From Selaginella moellendorffii (lineage: Eukaryota; Plantae; Lycopodiophyta): DNA of 64,000 nucleotides. The notes under the pieces were generated by a model. It had not been told where the DNA came from and did not search any database. It saw only the letters and a program-made list of their open reading frames with translations. The translations under genes were made by a program, and so were the position numbers. The DNA is taken from contig NW_003314295.1 in assembly GCF_000143415.4 (NCBI RefSeq), forward strand, positions 1,347,923 to 1,411,922, written 5' to 3'. Of the stretch, positions 30,450 through 42,013 are shown one piece after another; within the stretch, counting starts at the first letter, position 1, and each line of letters opens with the position of its first letter.

Positions 30450-30872
30450 GAAGTTCCAAAGCTATATGATAAAAGGTGGGACACCAGGAATAAGCTATGG
30501 TGATTTTTACAATAATAAGAGAGATCCGAAGGATATGGCGGCACGTCCATGGTTTTCTGGGATGTTTGTCAAGAAGAAAATTGGAGAAATAAAGGTATAA
30601 TCATAGAAATGATTTTCCTTTTCATTATTATTATCTCATCGAACGTTTAAGATGTTACTCCCAAGTTGGAATTACTGGTAAACTCTTTACTTGGAATTCC
30701 TCCAACGTTCTGGGAAGAACACGCTAACTTCCAAAGTTCTCGGAAGAACTTCGAGAGCTTAATATCACCAAGTTCTTCCGCTGGACAAGCATTTCTGGAT
30801 TCTACTTATTGGAGGCATGGACACCAACAAAATCTTTGAAAGCTTGAGCTTGTTCTTCGATCACGTTGCTCG

Positions 30873-31930
30873 TCAAGAAAAACTAGAACAGTCATTTTCC
30901 ACTTTCTCCAAGGTTGATTGAGTTACCTTCTTGGCCAGGAGAATGAGATGCGGAGCCAGCGGTCTGTGGAGCTGCTCTAAATGTGTGCAAATCCATTCGG
31001 AGGGTGGCAGCAGAGAGGCGAATTCTTTCACAGCTTCATACTCTTCCCTGTGTGCCTATTGTCAGAACTTGCAACCAAAGAAAAACTTGACTCACTGGCC
31101 TCCGGGATGCCCAACGTAGCATATCACGCTCACGAGCCCTCCTGGCTGGAGCAAATCGAGCGAGCAGTGGAGCGATTGGATCGTGGTTGGAGCACGAGTG
31201 ATGAGCTCCTTGTCCCCGTGTGGAAGGTATCCAAGGTTGTAGACTACAAGCCTGAGGTGGTGGACGAGGCCCTGGAGCCAAGAGCTTGAGTTTTAGTGTT
31301 CCAGAGAGAAAGAGAGAAGAGCACGCTACCTCGCTCGAACATCCTTTAGAACTTCGCCCATCTTGCTGTGGCAGTGATGGAAGAGCTCAACTCGGTTTCT
31401 CTGAGAGTAAGATCCAATGAGAAGGAAAGAAAAGATGAAGATGGAATCATGGTTGGCTTACTTGCTCGGGAGTTAGATGCTGCTCGAGTAGAAGAGAAGT
31501 TCTCTCCAACGCCTCCTTTTGGATGTCGAATCCATAGACTCGCCCGAGAAGAGAGCCCGGGGACACCAGTCGAGCCAAGAGCAGCGTATCGATTCCATTC
31601 CCACACGTCGCATCCACCACAGTGTCGCCAGGCCTCACGATTCCCTTCCAAACGCTGCGAGCAAGCACGAATCCAGACGAAATTCTCAAGGAAATCAACT
31701 CACGCGCTGGCAATGCTTGTCGCCTTAGCACCGCCGAGAAGAAGCTGAGCTGTGGAAGTCTCATCGCTGGAAATCCGGCTCGTTGAATCGGCTGTAAGGA
31801 AATCCCCAGCCTTAGCACCTCGCTCGAATCGATTCAGCGAGAGAATACCTGAGATCTGTGCGCGCAGGAGCGTCGCTGGCCGGATCGAGCACCGGATTGC
31901 CGGGAATGGCCGGATAGGAAAATGCGTCAT
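30873..31930 (-). CDS. YtqB/MnmM-like SAM-dependent RNA methyltransferase with organellar targeting peptide, multi-exon
   Basis: The spliced reading is KATSIASA|VWKGIVRPGDTVVDATCGNGIDTL..VYGFDIQ..|RVELFHHCHS..|VYNLGYLPHGDK..LQPGGLVSVICYVGHPGG|EEYEAVKEF. The 3' end is uncertain. Confidence 0.85.
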
Positions 31931-31936
31931 GCCTTA

Positions 31937-31952
31937 AACCCTAATTAGGGTT
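31937..31952. promoter_or_regulatory. Palindromic double telo-box AACCCTAATTAGGGTT between divergent start codons
   Basis: A perfect 16-bp palindrome overlaps a full AAACCCTA (31936-31943). Telo-boxes are established elements near the TSS of plant translation and ribosome-biogenesis genes. Confidence 0.6.
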
Positions 31953-31959
31953 CTTGCCA

Positions 31960-33083
31960 ATGGAAGAGGAGGGCGCCAAGCGCGAGAGGGACGGCGCTGC
32001 GCAGGACGGTAACGATGCGAAGAAGGCCAAGCTGGATGACGCATCGATCTCGGCGGCGACTCCAGCAGATGCAGAGAAGCAGAGCGGCGGAGATGTGGAG
32101 ATGAAGGCGGCGGAGGCGGCGCCGCCGATTGCCGTTGAGGAAAAGGAAGGGAAGGAGGAGAAGAAAGAGGAGGAAGAGAAGGAGGAGGAGAAGGAAGCGA
32201 ATGAAGAAGAGAAGAAAGAGGAGGAAGAGAAGAAGGAAGTGAAGCTTGGTCCCATGACCTTCTCGTCCGGGAAGGAGATGTTCATGTACTTCTACGAGCT
32301 CCTCCACGGCTGGGCTGCCGACTATGACATGAATGAGGTAAGTCCTCTTTCCATTTCTCTTGTCTTTCGATTTGAGCTTGCGAATGGAAGATTGTGGGAT
32401 GGATGCTTTCGCTTTGTTTTCTCTTCGTTAAGTTTTCGAGCTCTTGCTCTTGTTCTCTTGTTTCTTCCTTTTCGTCTGCTTGCTTGCGTCTTTGATGATA
32501 GCGCACGAGATGAGCCGTGCAGGAAACTGCGCACTGAGGTACTCTCGTGTACCCAGCCTGCATTGGCGAGGTTTAATGTGCCAACATGCTAATCTGAGAC
32601 GTCATGGATTCATACTCTTCTTCGATCGAATGCTTCATCTTTGCGATGATTGTTTCCATCCTCCCAAGTAGCGATCCTCGGAACTAACCTTCGTGATCTC
32701 TTCTTTCCTTCCAGTACGAGCATATGGTTTTGCTCGACTTGCTCAACAAAGGCCACAACGATCCCGAGGCGAAGATGGGCCCGGGAGGAGCCAAGGCCTT
32801 CCAGATCCGCGTCCACCCCGTGTGGCGATCGCGCTGCTACTACCTCGTCCGGGCCGACGGCACCGCCGTGGACTTCAGCTATCGCAAGTGCGTCGACAAG
32901 CTCATGCCGCTCCCTCAAGAGATTTTCAACTCCTCCGGTGGCCTCAATCTGAATTCACTCCATGGAGATGGCCGAGGTGGCGGCGGCGGCAGAGGAAGAG
33001 GCAGGCACGGCGGCGGTGGTGGCGGCCGCGGTCGTGGATTTCGCGGAAGAGGTCGAGGGCGAGGGAGATCTCGCGGGTACTGA
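31960..33083 (+). CDS. DUF3223/DCL-family protein (EMB514/DOMINO1-like) with acidic N-terminus and RGG tail, 2 exons
   Basis: VKLGPMTFSSGKEMFMYFYELLHGW..MNE|YEHMVLLDLLNKGH..KMGPGG..FQIRVHPVWRSRCYYLVRADGTAVDFSYRKC, ending in GRGGGGGRGRGR. The intron is at ~32338-32714. Confidence 0.9.
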
Positions 33084-33179
33084 GCCAAGTTTTGTAGGTT
33101 TTCCCAATTTAAAAGTTTTAGTATTTCGGTTATTCCACTTTCTTAAAAGCATATTCGTATTTTAAAAGAATATTCTGCC

Positions 33180-36100
33180 TACTAGTGTAAACACAATTAA
33201 AATGCTAAACCATGGTTAGAGAAAGTTTAAAAGTGACCATTAGATTGAGGATCAACCTGGTTCTTCAAAATGGAATACGTAAAAATTAATCAACTTTTTT
33301 CAACCCTTTGGGCAATAAAATATTAATACTGTGAGGTGCCATACACTCACAATGCTAATATCATAAAATATAATAAATTTTAGCTTCTAAGAATAAAATT
33401 AAAAGTGATTATTAGTTATAAATTTTTATACCTTTACTTAAAAAGGTTAAGATAACTTTTTCTATTTCTATTTTCTTACATTTACATGTAAAGCAAGGAG
33501 ATCCCTATTGTTTTAGAGATTCTCAAGATTAACATGGACAAACCAATTTAAATTTAAATTTGGAGAAAGCACAAGCTTGTGTACCTACTTTATGTTAGGA
33601 CAAAATATAACTAACTTCTCATTTGGCCCTTTCCTAAATAAACTCACTTCCTTGGAAGCCTCACTTGACAATAGTATCTAGAATTGTTTCACCTCTTTTA
33701 TATCAATTTTGTTTTGTTAGCATTTATTGTCCCAAAGACTCCCAACATCATCAACTTAGAAAATCTTATTCAAAAAATTTCATAAAGTTGAACTCTTAGA
33801 AAGAACATAAATTTGTATACTTATTATGTCTCAACACTAAATATGATTTGCTCTCTCATTCACCTTTTCTTACATATAACTATAAACAATTATAATCTTT
33901 TACAAATTGCTTAACTATATCAATTTCCACAGTAATGCTATTACAACTCCCTTTTTTTATAGTCAATACTTAAAATAATGATTTTGTATTAAAATTAGAT
34001 AATAAAATTCAGAGCTTTATTCGAAAAAGACTTTATAATGCTCGGTTTTCATACAAAAATACATTTGTTACACTAAATTTTAAACAACAAAATACAAAAA
34101 TGGAAACAAATATCATAACTATAGAACCCCATGTATTTGTTTTTAGGAGAAAATATCTTTGTATAATAAATTTTTTGGATGTAATACTGAACACTAAAGC
34201 TAAAACAAATAGTTCTAAAAGGGTTTAAATCAAAAGATAAAAATTCATGACTACACAAACAAACATACAAGAAAATACATAAATTATCAACAAACTTTAT
34301 AAGCATTTTGGTACTTTCTTAAGGTTTTTTAATCACATGGGAAAATAGAAAAAATAAACTTTGAGAAGGTCAATATGGTATTAAATATTGCAGCTATATA
34401 AAGTAAAAATTTTCATTTAAAAATTACTCTATAATGTTTATTTTTTATTTAAAAAATGCATTGTTTAAATTAAATCTCAAATAATAAAATATAAAAGTGT
34501 GAGAAAATATCACAACTATAGAACCTTTTATTTGTTTTTCAAAAGGACATAGCTTTGTATAATAAATGTTTTAAATGCGATTGAAACCTAAAATAAATGG
34601 TGGTTAATACATTTTTTGGAAGGCTTCAAATTAAGGGTAAAAGTTTATGATTATACAAAAAACCTTACAAAAAATTACATATAGTATCAACAAATTTCAT
34701 TAGGATTTTGTCAATTTCTTTAGCTTTTATAATCATATAGAAAAAAGGGAAGAAAATTTGAAGAAGGTCAATATGTTCTTAAATAGTGTAACTATTGAGT
34801 TTGAAAAGACAAAAAAATCTAAGATATTAAGCAAAAGTTTTAACAATAAATCTTTAAAATCAAATCTTTCTGTATTCAAAATATTCATGTCATAGTTATT
34901 TATAAGTATCATTTGAGTTATAAAGTTAAAAGTTTCATTAAAAGTTATTTTAGGTATGATAATAAGATTTTTGTTTAATCATTATATAAATTTAAAGAGC
35001 CATTCTCCAAAAATAGCTTTTTCTCAATTCATTTTCAATGTTAAACTTTTATTTAAAAGGATTTTCTGTTTCATTTTTTTATTTGACTAAATATCTGAAA
35101 ACAAAGATGAATTTTATTTTGCAACAAAATAAAATAACTTAAGAAAATTAAATATTTAAATAAGAAACTTCACATTTTTTAATTATTTTTTAATTTGTTT
35201 TTATACTATTTTAGGAAATGCTGCAAAAATATTAATACTTTAAAAATGGTAATTTTCCATCAGCAATGTATTGTATAAGGTTTCATTGTTATACTATAAT
35301 TGGAATCATGCTTATAAATAAGCATCATATAAAAATTTAATCAAATTTTAGATTTTGCTACTAGTATTATTAAGGTTTCTACATTTCTTTATTTGACCAA
35401 ATATATAGAAAAATAAAGAATTTCATCATGCAAAAATATTTTTAAAAATTAATAATTTAAATATTTTATTCTTCAGAGTGTTCTTCAGATTTGTTCACGA
35501 CCTTGCATAAGACACTAATACTTTATAAATGATAGTTTTTTATAGTTAATTGCTTGTATAAGATTTCATTGTTACATTATAGTTAGATTTATACTTATAA
35601 ATAAGTATCATATAAATATTGAAATTAAATTTTAATATTTTCTACTAGTAGTAACACTTTTAACCACTTATTTTAATCATTGTACATGTTTATAAAACTT
35701 TTATCCACAATGGCTTTTAGTTTTTTCAATCCAATTTCAATATTAGAATTTTATTTAAAATGTTTTTTACTACAATTGTTTTTTTTACCAAACATTTTTA
35801 AAAATTATATTGTAATGCATAAATAGGAAAGAAAATTTTAGAAATATAAGTTCCTTTAATACTATTTTTGTACCTATCACAAAAACACTTTTTATTTTGT
35901 TAATGACAATTTTAAATTCACTTGTGAAACTTTTGTTATTATCTTCCAAGAAAAATTTAACATTTTGTATGAATTACAATTTCATAGAGTAGTTTGTCAT
36001 TAAAGATTAATCATTGCTAGTGGCTTGAGAGCGTAAAAATTTATCATTACAGTATAGTTTGAATCATATTTATAAATAACTATTAAATGAACATTTTTAA

Positions 36101-37000
36101 TATAGAGAGTTTTGATTTTAAAAGTATATTGTTAAATATATTGTTTACTATTTTTGGTTCATTGTTTTTATTTGAAATTTTTTATCTTTAATATTTAATA
36201 ATATATTTACATTCCCCAATTTTCTCTCTTTCTTTTCACATGATTAGAAAACATTGAAAAAGTAATAATATCCTATAAAATTTTGTTAATAAGCTATATC
36301 CTTCATTGTAGTTTTTTTTTTAATAGTCATGAACTTTCGTACTTTAATTTAAAGTCTTTGACAAATTGCATTAGCCATCACCTCTTTTAGCTTTTAATGC
36401 ATAAGCTTCAATGTTACATATAAAATATTTGTTATATAAAAGCATTTTTTCATTCAGTTATAAGTAAATATAAGAGTTTTCATAGTTGTTAACTTTGGGT
36501 TTATTCTTACATTTTGCTATGTGAGATTTACTTTTTTTATGTGAATATTGAATTCTCCTATAAAAATAAAGCATTATCAATCACTTTAGAATGAAACTCT
36601 TAGCTTTAGTGATTAACTCTAATACAAAACTATTGTTATAGTAACATTTACAAAAAAATTGAGTCAACAACTATAGATTTCATGTTATAAATATTGGTTA
36701 CTCTTTTAAACTTATTGAGATCAATATCTAAAGAAGCAAAAAAAATGTTTCTTTGTTGTGGCAGTCATTGATCTTAGTTTCTGCTACCAACACCAACTCT
36801 AGCAACAAGGATGTTATAAATCCAAATGTCCAGGAAGTCCACCATCTGGAGCAACTTGAGAGTAACTGATATTTATAATAAGCAACTTGAGAGTAACTGA
36901 TATTTATAATGTGTAAACTACTTCTCAAACCGGTTTAAGATTTAGGGCTAACTTTACCTTTATAAAATACTTAATTCTTCCTTGGAATAGAGAGATCAAT
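33180..37000. repeat. AT-rich island with degenerate internal duplications (likely old TE debris)
   Basis: ~34110-34400 resembles ~34508-34795, and ~35232-35365 resembles ~35514-35650. There is a 31-bp tandem duplication at 36850-36910. No credible ORF. Confidence 0.55.
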
Positions 37001-37059
37001 GCCTGCAAAAAGAAAAGGAAAAACAACTTACATTAACAAAGTTAACAAAGCAATCGTGG

Positions 37060-37785
37060 AAATGGATCCCGTTGACAGCGTTGGACAGGTCGTCGAGTAG
37101 AAAGAGCTGAGCTGAGCAGCATGGCCGACCACACTGCCGACTATAGGCCATTGGACTTGGGATGTCGTTCTTTCTTCACTCAAATGCTTGTAATATCCCC
37201 GGGAGCGATCTCCTGGCCACCACCTAGTCTACAGGCTCAGGAGCAACGGATCCAGCGAAGCCATCCAGTCCCAGCGCGGGGCTACACGAGCTGAGTGATC
37301 ATTAGGGCTTAGCAATGTCTCCATCGTGGGTGGCATACGAGCTCTGCCCAATCTAGGTGATTTGCAGAGGACAAGCCGTCGCCATAGCAGAGTACATAGA
37401 GACGCGTCTGAAGATCCTGGACGTTTTGCATCAACTCTGTGGATCGGGCTTCACACCAGGTGGGAGCTAGGAGAACGTAAAAAAGGCGAGAAAACGTAGC
37501 CGGCCTGAAGTTGAAGAAGCATGGAGACGTCCAGATATTGTTGTCAAACCAAGCTCCAAGGTATGGAAGTGTTTCTTGTGTGTGGAGAGCTAACCTGATG
37601 CATTGTTTTTCCAGGCTATTGATGAGGCACAGGCCGAACTGGAGGCTTTGGGGTCAGTGCCATCAGACGTTCATTTTGACAACGTAAAAGCGAGAAAACA
37701 TAATGCACAGCGCACACAGCAGCATGCTAGTATGGAGGACAGAATATCAACTATGGAGGCTCTATTATTTGCCTGTGTATAATTA
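37060..37785 (+). pseudogene. Remnant of an unknown lineage-specific gene (..SDVHFDNVKARKH..)
   Basis: Exon ENVKKARKRSRPEVEEAWRR..KPSSK, an intron at 37561-37614, then AIDEAQAELEALGSVPSDVHFDNVKARKH. Upstream part has stops. A paralogous piece lies at 41.64-41.86 kb on the minus strand. Confidence 0.45.
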
Positions 37786-38031
37786 TATTATTGCCTGTGT
37801 GTAGTAGATGGTTTGTATGTGGCTATGAAGATCATGAACTGTTGTAACCTTCCTGTCTGAAAAACTCGTAGTCAATGAAGTTCGTGATGAGTTGCAAAAG
37901 GCATATAGGTGATGAGGAGGACCTCATTTCATTTTCAAGATTCTTTAATCACGTTCCGAGACAAGGTAAGTATTCTCTTGGGTGCAGCAACTGTTGCCTT
38001 TGAGATTGAGAGAGTGATGAAAGTGATGAAT

Positions 38032-38215
38032 TCCACTCCGTGTGGCGATCGCGTTGCTACTACCTCCGGGCCAACGCAGTGGAATTCAGCTATCACAAGT
38101 GCGCCAGCAAGCTCATGCCGCTTTCACCAGAGATTTTCAATCCTCTCTCCGGTGGCCTCAATCTGATTCACTCTATGGAGCAACGCGGGAGATTTTCTTA
38201 ATTTAAAATTTCTGG
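38032..38215 (+). pseudogene. Deletion-riddled copy of exon 2 of the DUF3223 gene
   Basis: 'ccgtgtggcgatcgcgttgctactacctc..ttcagctatcacaagtgcgc..gcaagctcatgccgct..agagattttcaa..ctccggtggcctcaatctga' matches ~32813-32970 with many small deletions. Confidence 0.85.
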
Positions 38216-38325
38216 CTCTCGAATTTAGGGTTCTTAGTGATCCTATAAACCCTAAGTGGTCGATTCGTGAGCGAGGAGGGAGGAAGGTGTGGCGCCAATC
38301 CAGGTACTCGGCTTCTAGCACTTTC

Positions 38326-41180
38326 ATGTCCAGTGTCCCCACGCCTGCATCCGGATCGACACTTTCCAACCGACAATTCAGCGAAGACGCTCAATCTCAT
38401 GGCACAGCCAAATTGCCAGCAGCAGCGGCGGCGGGAGCTTCGTGCCCGGAGCACGAAACTTCCAAAATCCGCGCGCTCAATCCACTGGCCAGAGAGTTTG
38501 TCCCTGGTATGTCACTCCTTTTATTTCGAACGAGTAGAAATTTTCTAATTTCCTTGTGATTGTGATTTTACACATTGTAGTTGAGGAGGGATCTCCTTCT
38601 TCGCGGTCTCCGACCAAGCGAACATCGGTAAGCATGGTGATGCTCATTTCCCAAACACCGAGTTTTTTTTTTCCCTTTTCTAGAGTCGTGAAGAATTTCC
38701 TTCAGCACCAAGGAACTTCTCAGTAAGTGTTCAAGTTTTTTTTTCCCATAAAGCGAGGATTTGATGTGATTGCGTTTGACATGAGCAGGATCACGACGCC
38801 GCAGCTACAAGCTCCGAGTCAAATAGTGGGGTGAAGGAAAATTGGGTGGAAAGTGGCATGCCCCACAAACAGTCACAAAAGCTGCAAGAAGTAACAGGAG
38901 GACTCTCAGCCGCTCTTAAAGTCCCTCAAGCAGGAAAAAGTTCTCTCAAGATGGGACACGAATTTACTTCTTCTCAGCACTCAACCCAGCCATCATCTTC
39001 ACGACGCGGACAGACATGGAACGCGAATCATCTACTTAACTTTCACTACGATCCCATCGTTCGACCGTCCCCAAGGCCTCCTCAGCGCAGGCAGCATCAG
39101 AAAGTTCAGGCTTACGACAAAGAGCTCTTCTTGCAAGCAAACTTTCGGTTCTTGGTCTCGGATTTTGGGGACTATTTGGAGAACAGCACTGACCCAGACA
39201 AGATGCTCGAGTGGGAAGACATAGCCCTTGTGGAACTCTCGTCCTCGGTGGCTATCCAGTGTCCGATATGCTTGGAAAGTCCACCTCTGTGCCCACAGAT
39301 CACGTCGTGCGGTCACGTCTTTTGCTTCCCATGCATTCTACGATACTTCTCCGACGCGGACCACAAGACTCACGTAAAGAAATGCCCGCTCTGCTTCGGC
39401 ATGACTTCTCCTAAGGAGCTGCGCACCGTCTACATTCACAACGTGAAGGAACACAGGCTAGGTGACAATGTTGGCTTTACGCTCTTGACGCGGGATAAAG
39501 GGTCTGTTATACCGTTCAAAAGAAATGAGTCGAGGGGATCACCGGCTTACACCAAGGATGGACGTTGCCATCTGTACTCCAAGTTTACACTGACATGCGA
39601 CGTCGAGATGACAACAAACAATGCCGTTTCGGAGCTCACAGCATGGGCTGAGAGAGCTCAGTCGGGCGATGACGAAGACATCGAACAGCTGCCTTTTGTG
39701 TTTGCGGCAATCGATGAGCTTAAGTCGAGAAAGGCTGCTTGGGACGAGCACCGGACGTTGGAGTTTATCTCGAGCAGCCCATCTGTAAGGCAGAGAATTA
39801 TGGCTCAGGTGAAGGCTGGAATCACAAAGCTGCCTGGAGAAGACTTCGAAAGTTCTAGCTCAGCTGGAAAACACCATGAAAAGCAGGAAGTGTTGGAACC
39901 GTCGCCGCCGAAGCAAGAAAGCGTTTATCACATCAATCCGTTCACTGATGAACGAGAGTTGGTTGATGTAGACAAGAAGCCAAAATCGAAAGATTTGCAT
40001 CAAGAGGACGCACCAGAGGACTGGGAATCCATCACTTCACCTGTGAAGACCGCGACTCATAAGGACGCCAAAGACGCCAAACACGAAGAGACTGATTCTT
40101 ACAGCTTTTATCAGGTTCGTTGTATCATTGCGGGGTTTTACTGACGTGTTCTCTTGCAGGCCGCAGATGGTCAACTCGTCATTTTACATCCTTTGACAAT
40201 GAAATGCTTGGTTCACCACTATGGATCGTACACGTCTTTGCCTTCGAGGTAATTTCTCTTGCATGTTTTTCTATTCTGATTGCATACGATGTTCCAGAGT
40301 TGAAGGGAAAATACTTGAGATGGAAGCAATGATTCAAACCGAGCTGTTGAGAAAACGATACCGCTATTTGAGTCATCTACCACTTACTAGCACCTTTCAG
40401 GTAATTTGGATATTTCAAAGTTACAACAACAGATTATTCTGATTCTTAAACCAGCTGTGCGAGGTGGACCTCTCAAAAATCTTACCAAGCTCGTCACTGT
40501 CTCCCTTCAAGGATGAGCTACATGCTCGAGAGGTTCGCAGACAGAGACGCCTGAAACAGGTACAAGATTGGTTTCTCCTAGGCAGAATTGTCGAGCGAAA
40601 TTTGCATTCAGGAGAAGATGCTTAAATCTGCTGGGCAAAGACTTGAAGAGAAAGTGGTGCCACCATCTCCAGCAGACTACATCGCGATCATGAACGCCCT
40701 TCACGAAGACGAAGTTCCAAACGACAGTGAGTTTGTCGGTAAGTCTCAAGTAGAAATGCTCACACTCGAAACTCACCCGCTGGATTCTTCAGCCCCTTCT
40801 ACAGCACCAGTCCCGGCCTCGTCTCCACCAGTCGACGAGAGGAGACTCTTCTCGAGGGTGGCCAAGCTCGGCTTTGCTTCTGGACACGATGCTCCGGATC
40901 TCACGAACGACGGTCTCTCCTCTAACAGGCCACCGATCCAACAACAGTCGCCATGGAACCAAAAACAAGCTCCGGCTGGAAGCAGCAGCGGTGAGTGTGT
41001 TCCAATTCCTGCTCTGTTTCCTAATCTTCCAGCGCGAACACTCTTGCAGGAGGAGCTTCCCTTTCTTTCGCGGACGCCATACAGAGAAAAGTGGAGAAGA
41101 AAACTCCGGAGGCTCCCTCGCGTGGAGCAGCCCGCAAAGGCAAAGTTTTGCTTTCTACTGGCAGTGGAAGAAAGTACTGA
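38326..41180 (+). CDS. RNF10: RNF10/Mag2-like C3HC4 RING E3 ligase with N-terminal PAM2-like motif, multi-exon
   Basis: NANHLLNFHYDPI, KELFLQANFRFLV..DPDKMLEWEDI, CPICLESP.CPQITSCGHVFCFPCI, YSFYQ|AADGQ..LHPL.MKCL, RKRYRYLSHLP and the C-terminus KVLLSTGSGRKY*. Confidence 0.88.
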
Positions 41181-41235
41181 ATAGTCAATGCGTTAATATA
41201 AATACAAAGGGTCAACGGTGTTTATGGTTTTATTC

Positions 41236-41500
41236 TCGAATATGCCTTTAGAGATATTTGTGCTGAAAGATCAGCTTTCTTGGTTGCTCCAGGACCCGGA
41301 GTTCAGACAGTGCACTCCTCAAGAGCTTGCATCCCGACTTCAACTACAGGTATAACAAAAACAAACTGTTTTCTAAACTGAAATCAGTGACACTCTCTAA
41401 ACTGCCAACAATGTAGGCGTTTCATTAAAAGTTTCAGACCTCTGAGAACGATGGTGACGGGGACATCTATCCTCAAGCAGCCCCAGATGGTTTATTACAA
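41236..41500 (+). pseudogene. Decayed fragment of the downstream subtilase (including intron sequence), fused to a copy of sequence upstream of the 42 kb gene
   Basis: 41320-41500 matches ~46238-46470 (agcttgcatcc.gact..actacaggta..ctctctaaac..ccaacaa.gtaggcgtttc..tcagacctc.gagaacgatg..atcctcaagcagc). 41236-41270 resembles 41926-41960. Confidence 0.75.
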
Positions 41501-41639
41501 CAGTTCATAGTCTTCATGGCCACATATAAAACATCTACTAAGCATATAATACTTTTGAAGCAAATAGCTCAATGCTAGTATGGAGGAACTACTTGAACCG
41601 CCAATTCTTGCATCCTGACCCACTGTCACAGGTTTCACC

Positions 41640-41859
41640 TTCTCCAACCTTGCTCTAGCAATGGGTATCATGGGAAGGCTTGGCTTGAGAACACGCTTCC
41701 ACGCCTCTTCCCAGCTTCCTTGCCCTTGAGCTTCATGCCGGCTATGTTTTCTCGCCTTTACGTTGTCCCAATGAACATCAGATGGTTGGTCTAATAGAGC
41801 CCTAATGGCATTGACTCACCTTCCAAGAACCTGATTTCAAAATCAACAACACTGCTCAT
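41640..41859 (-). pseudogene. Second remnant of the SDVH.DNVKARKH family
   Basis: The minus strand reads PSDVHWDNVKARKHSRHEAQGQGSWEEAWKRVLKPS, with an ATG at 41859 downstream of a TAGGGTTT telo-box. Confidence 0.45.
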
Positions 41860-42013
41860 TTGTTCTCCGTGCAAAACCCTAAAGTGATAGCCCTAATAGT
41901 TAAAATATCTGTTAACTGTTCTTCCCGAATATGCCTTTGAATATATGTGTGTGGCTAAAATATCTAAAGAACCCTAGAGCGACGATGATAATGTGAAAGA
42001 CCGGCAAGGGCAA

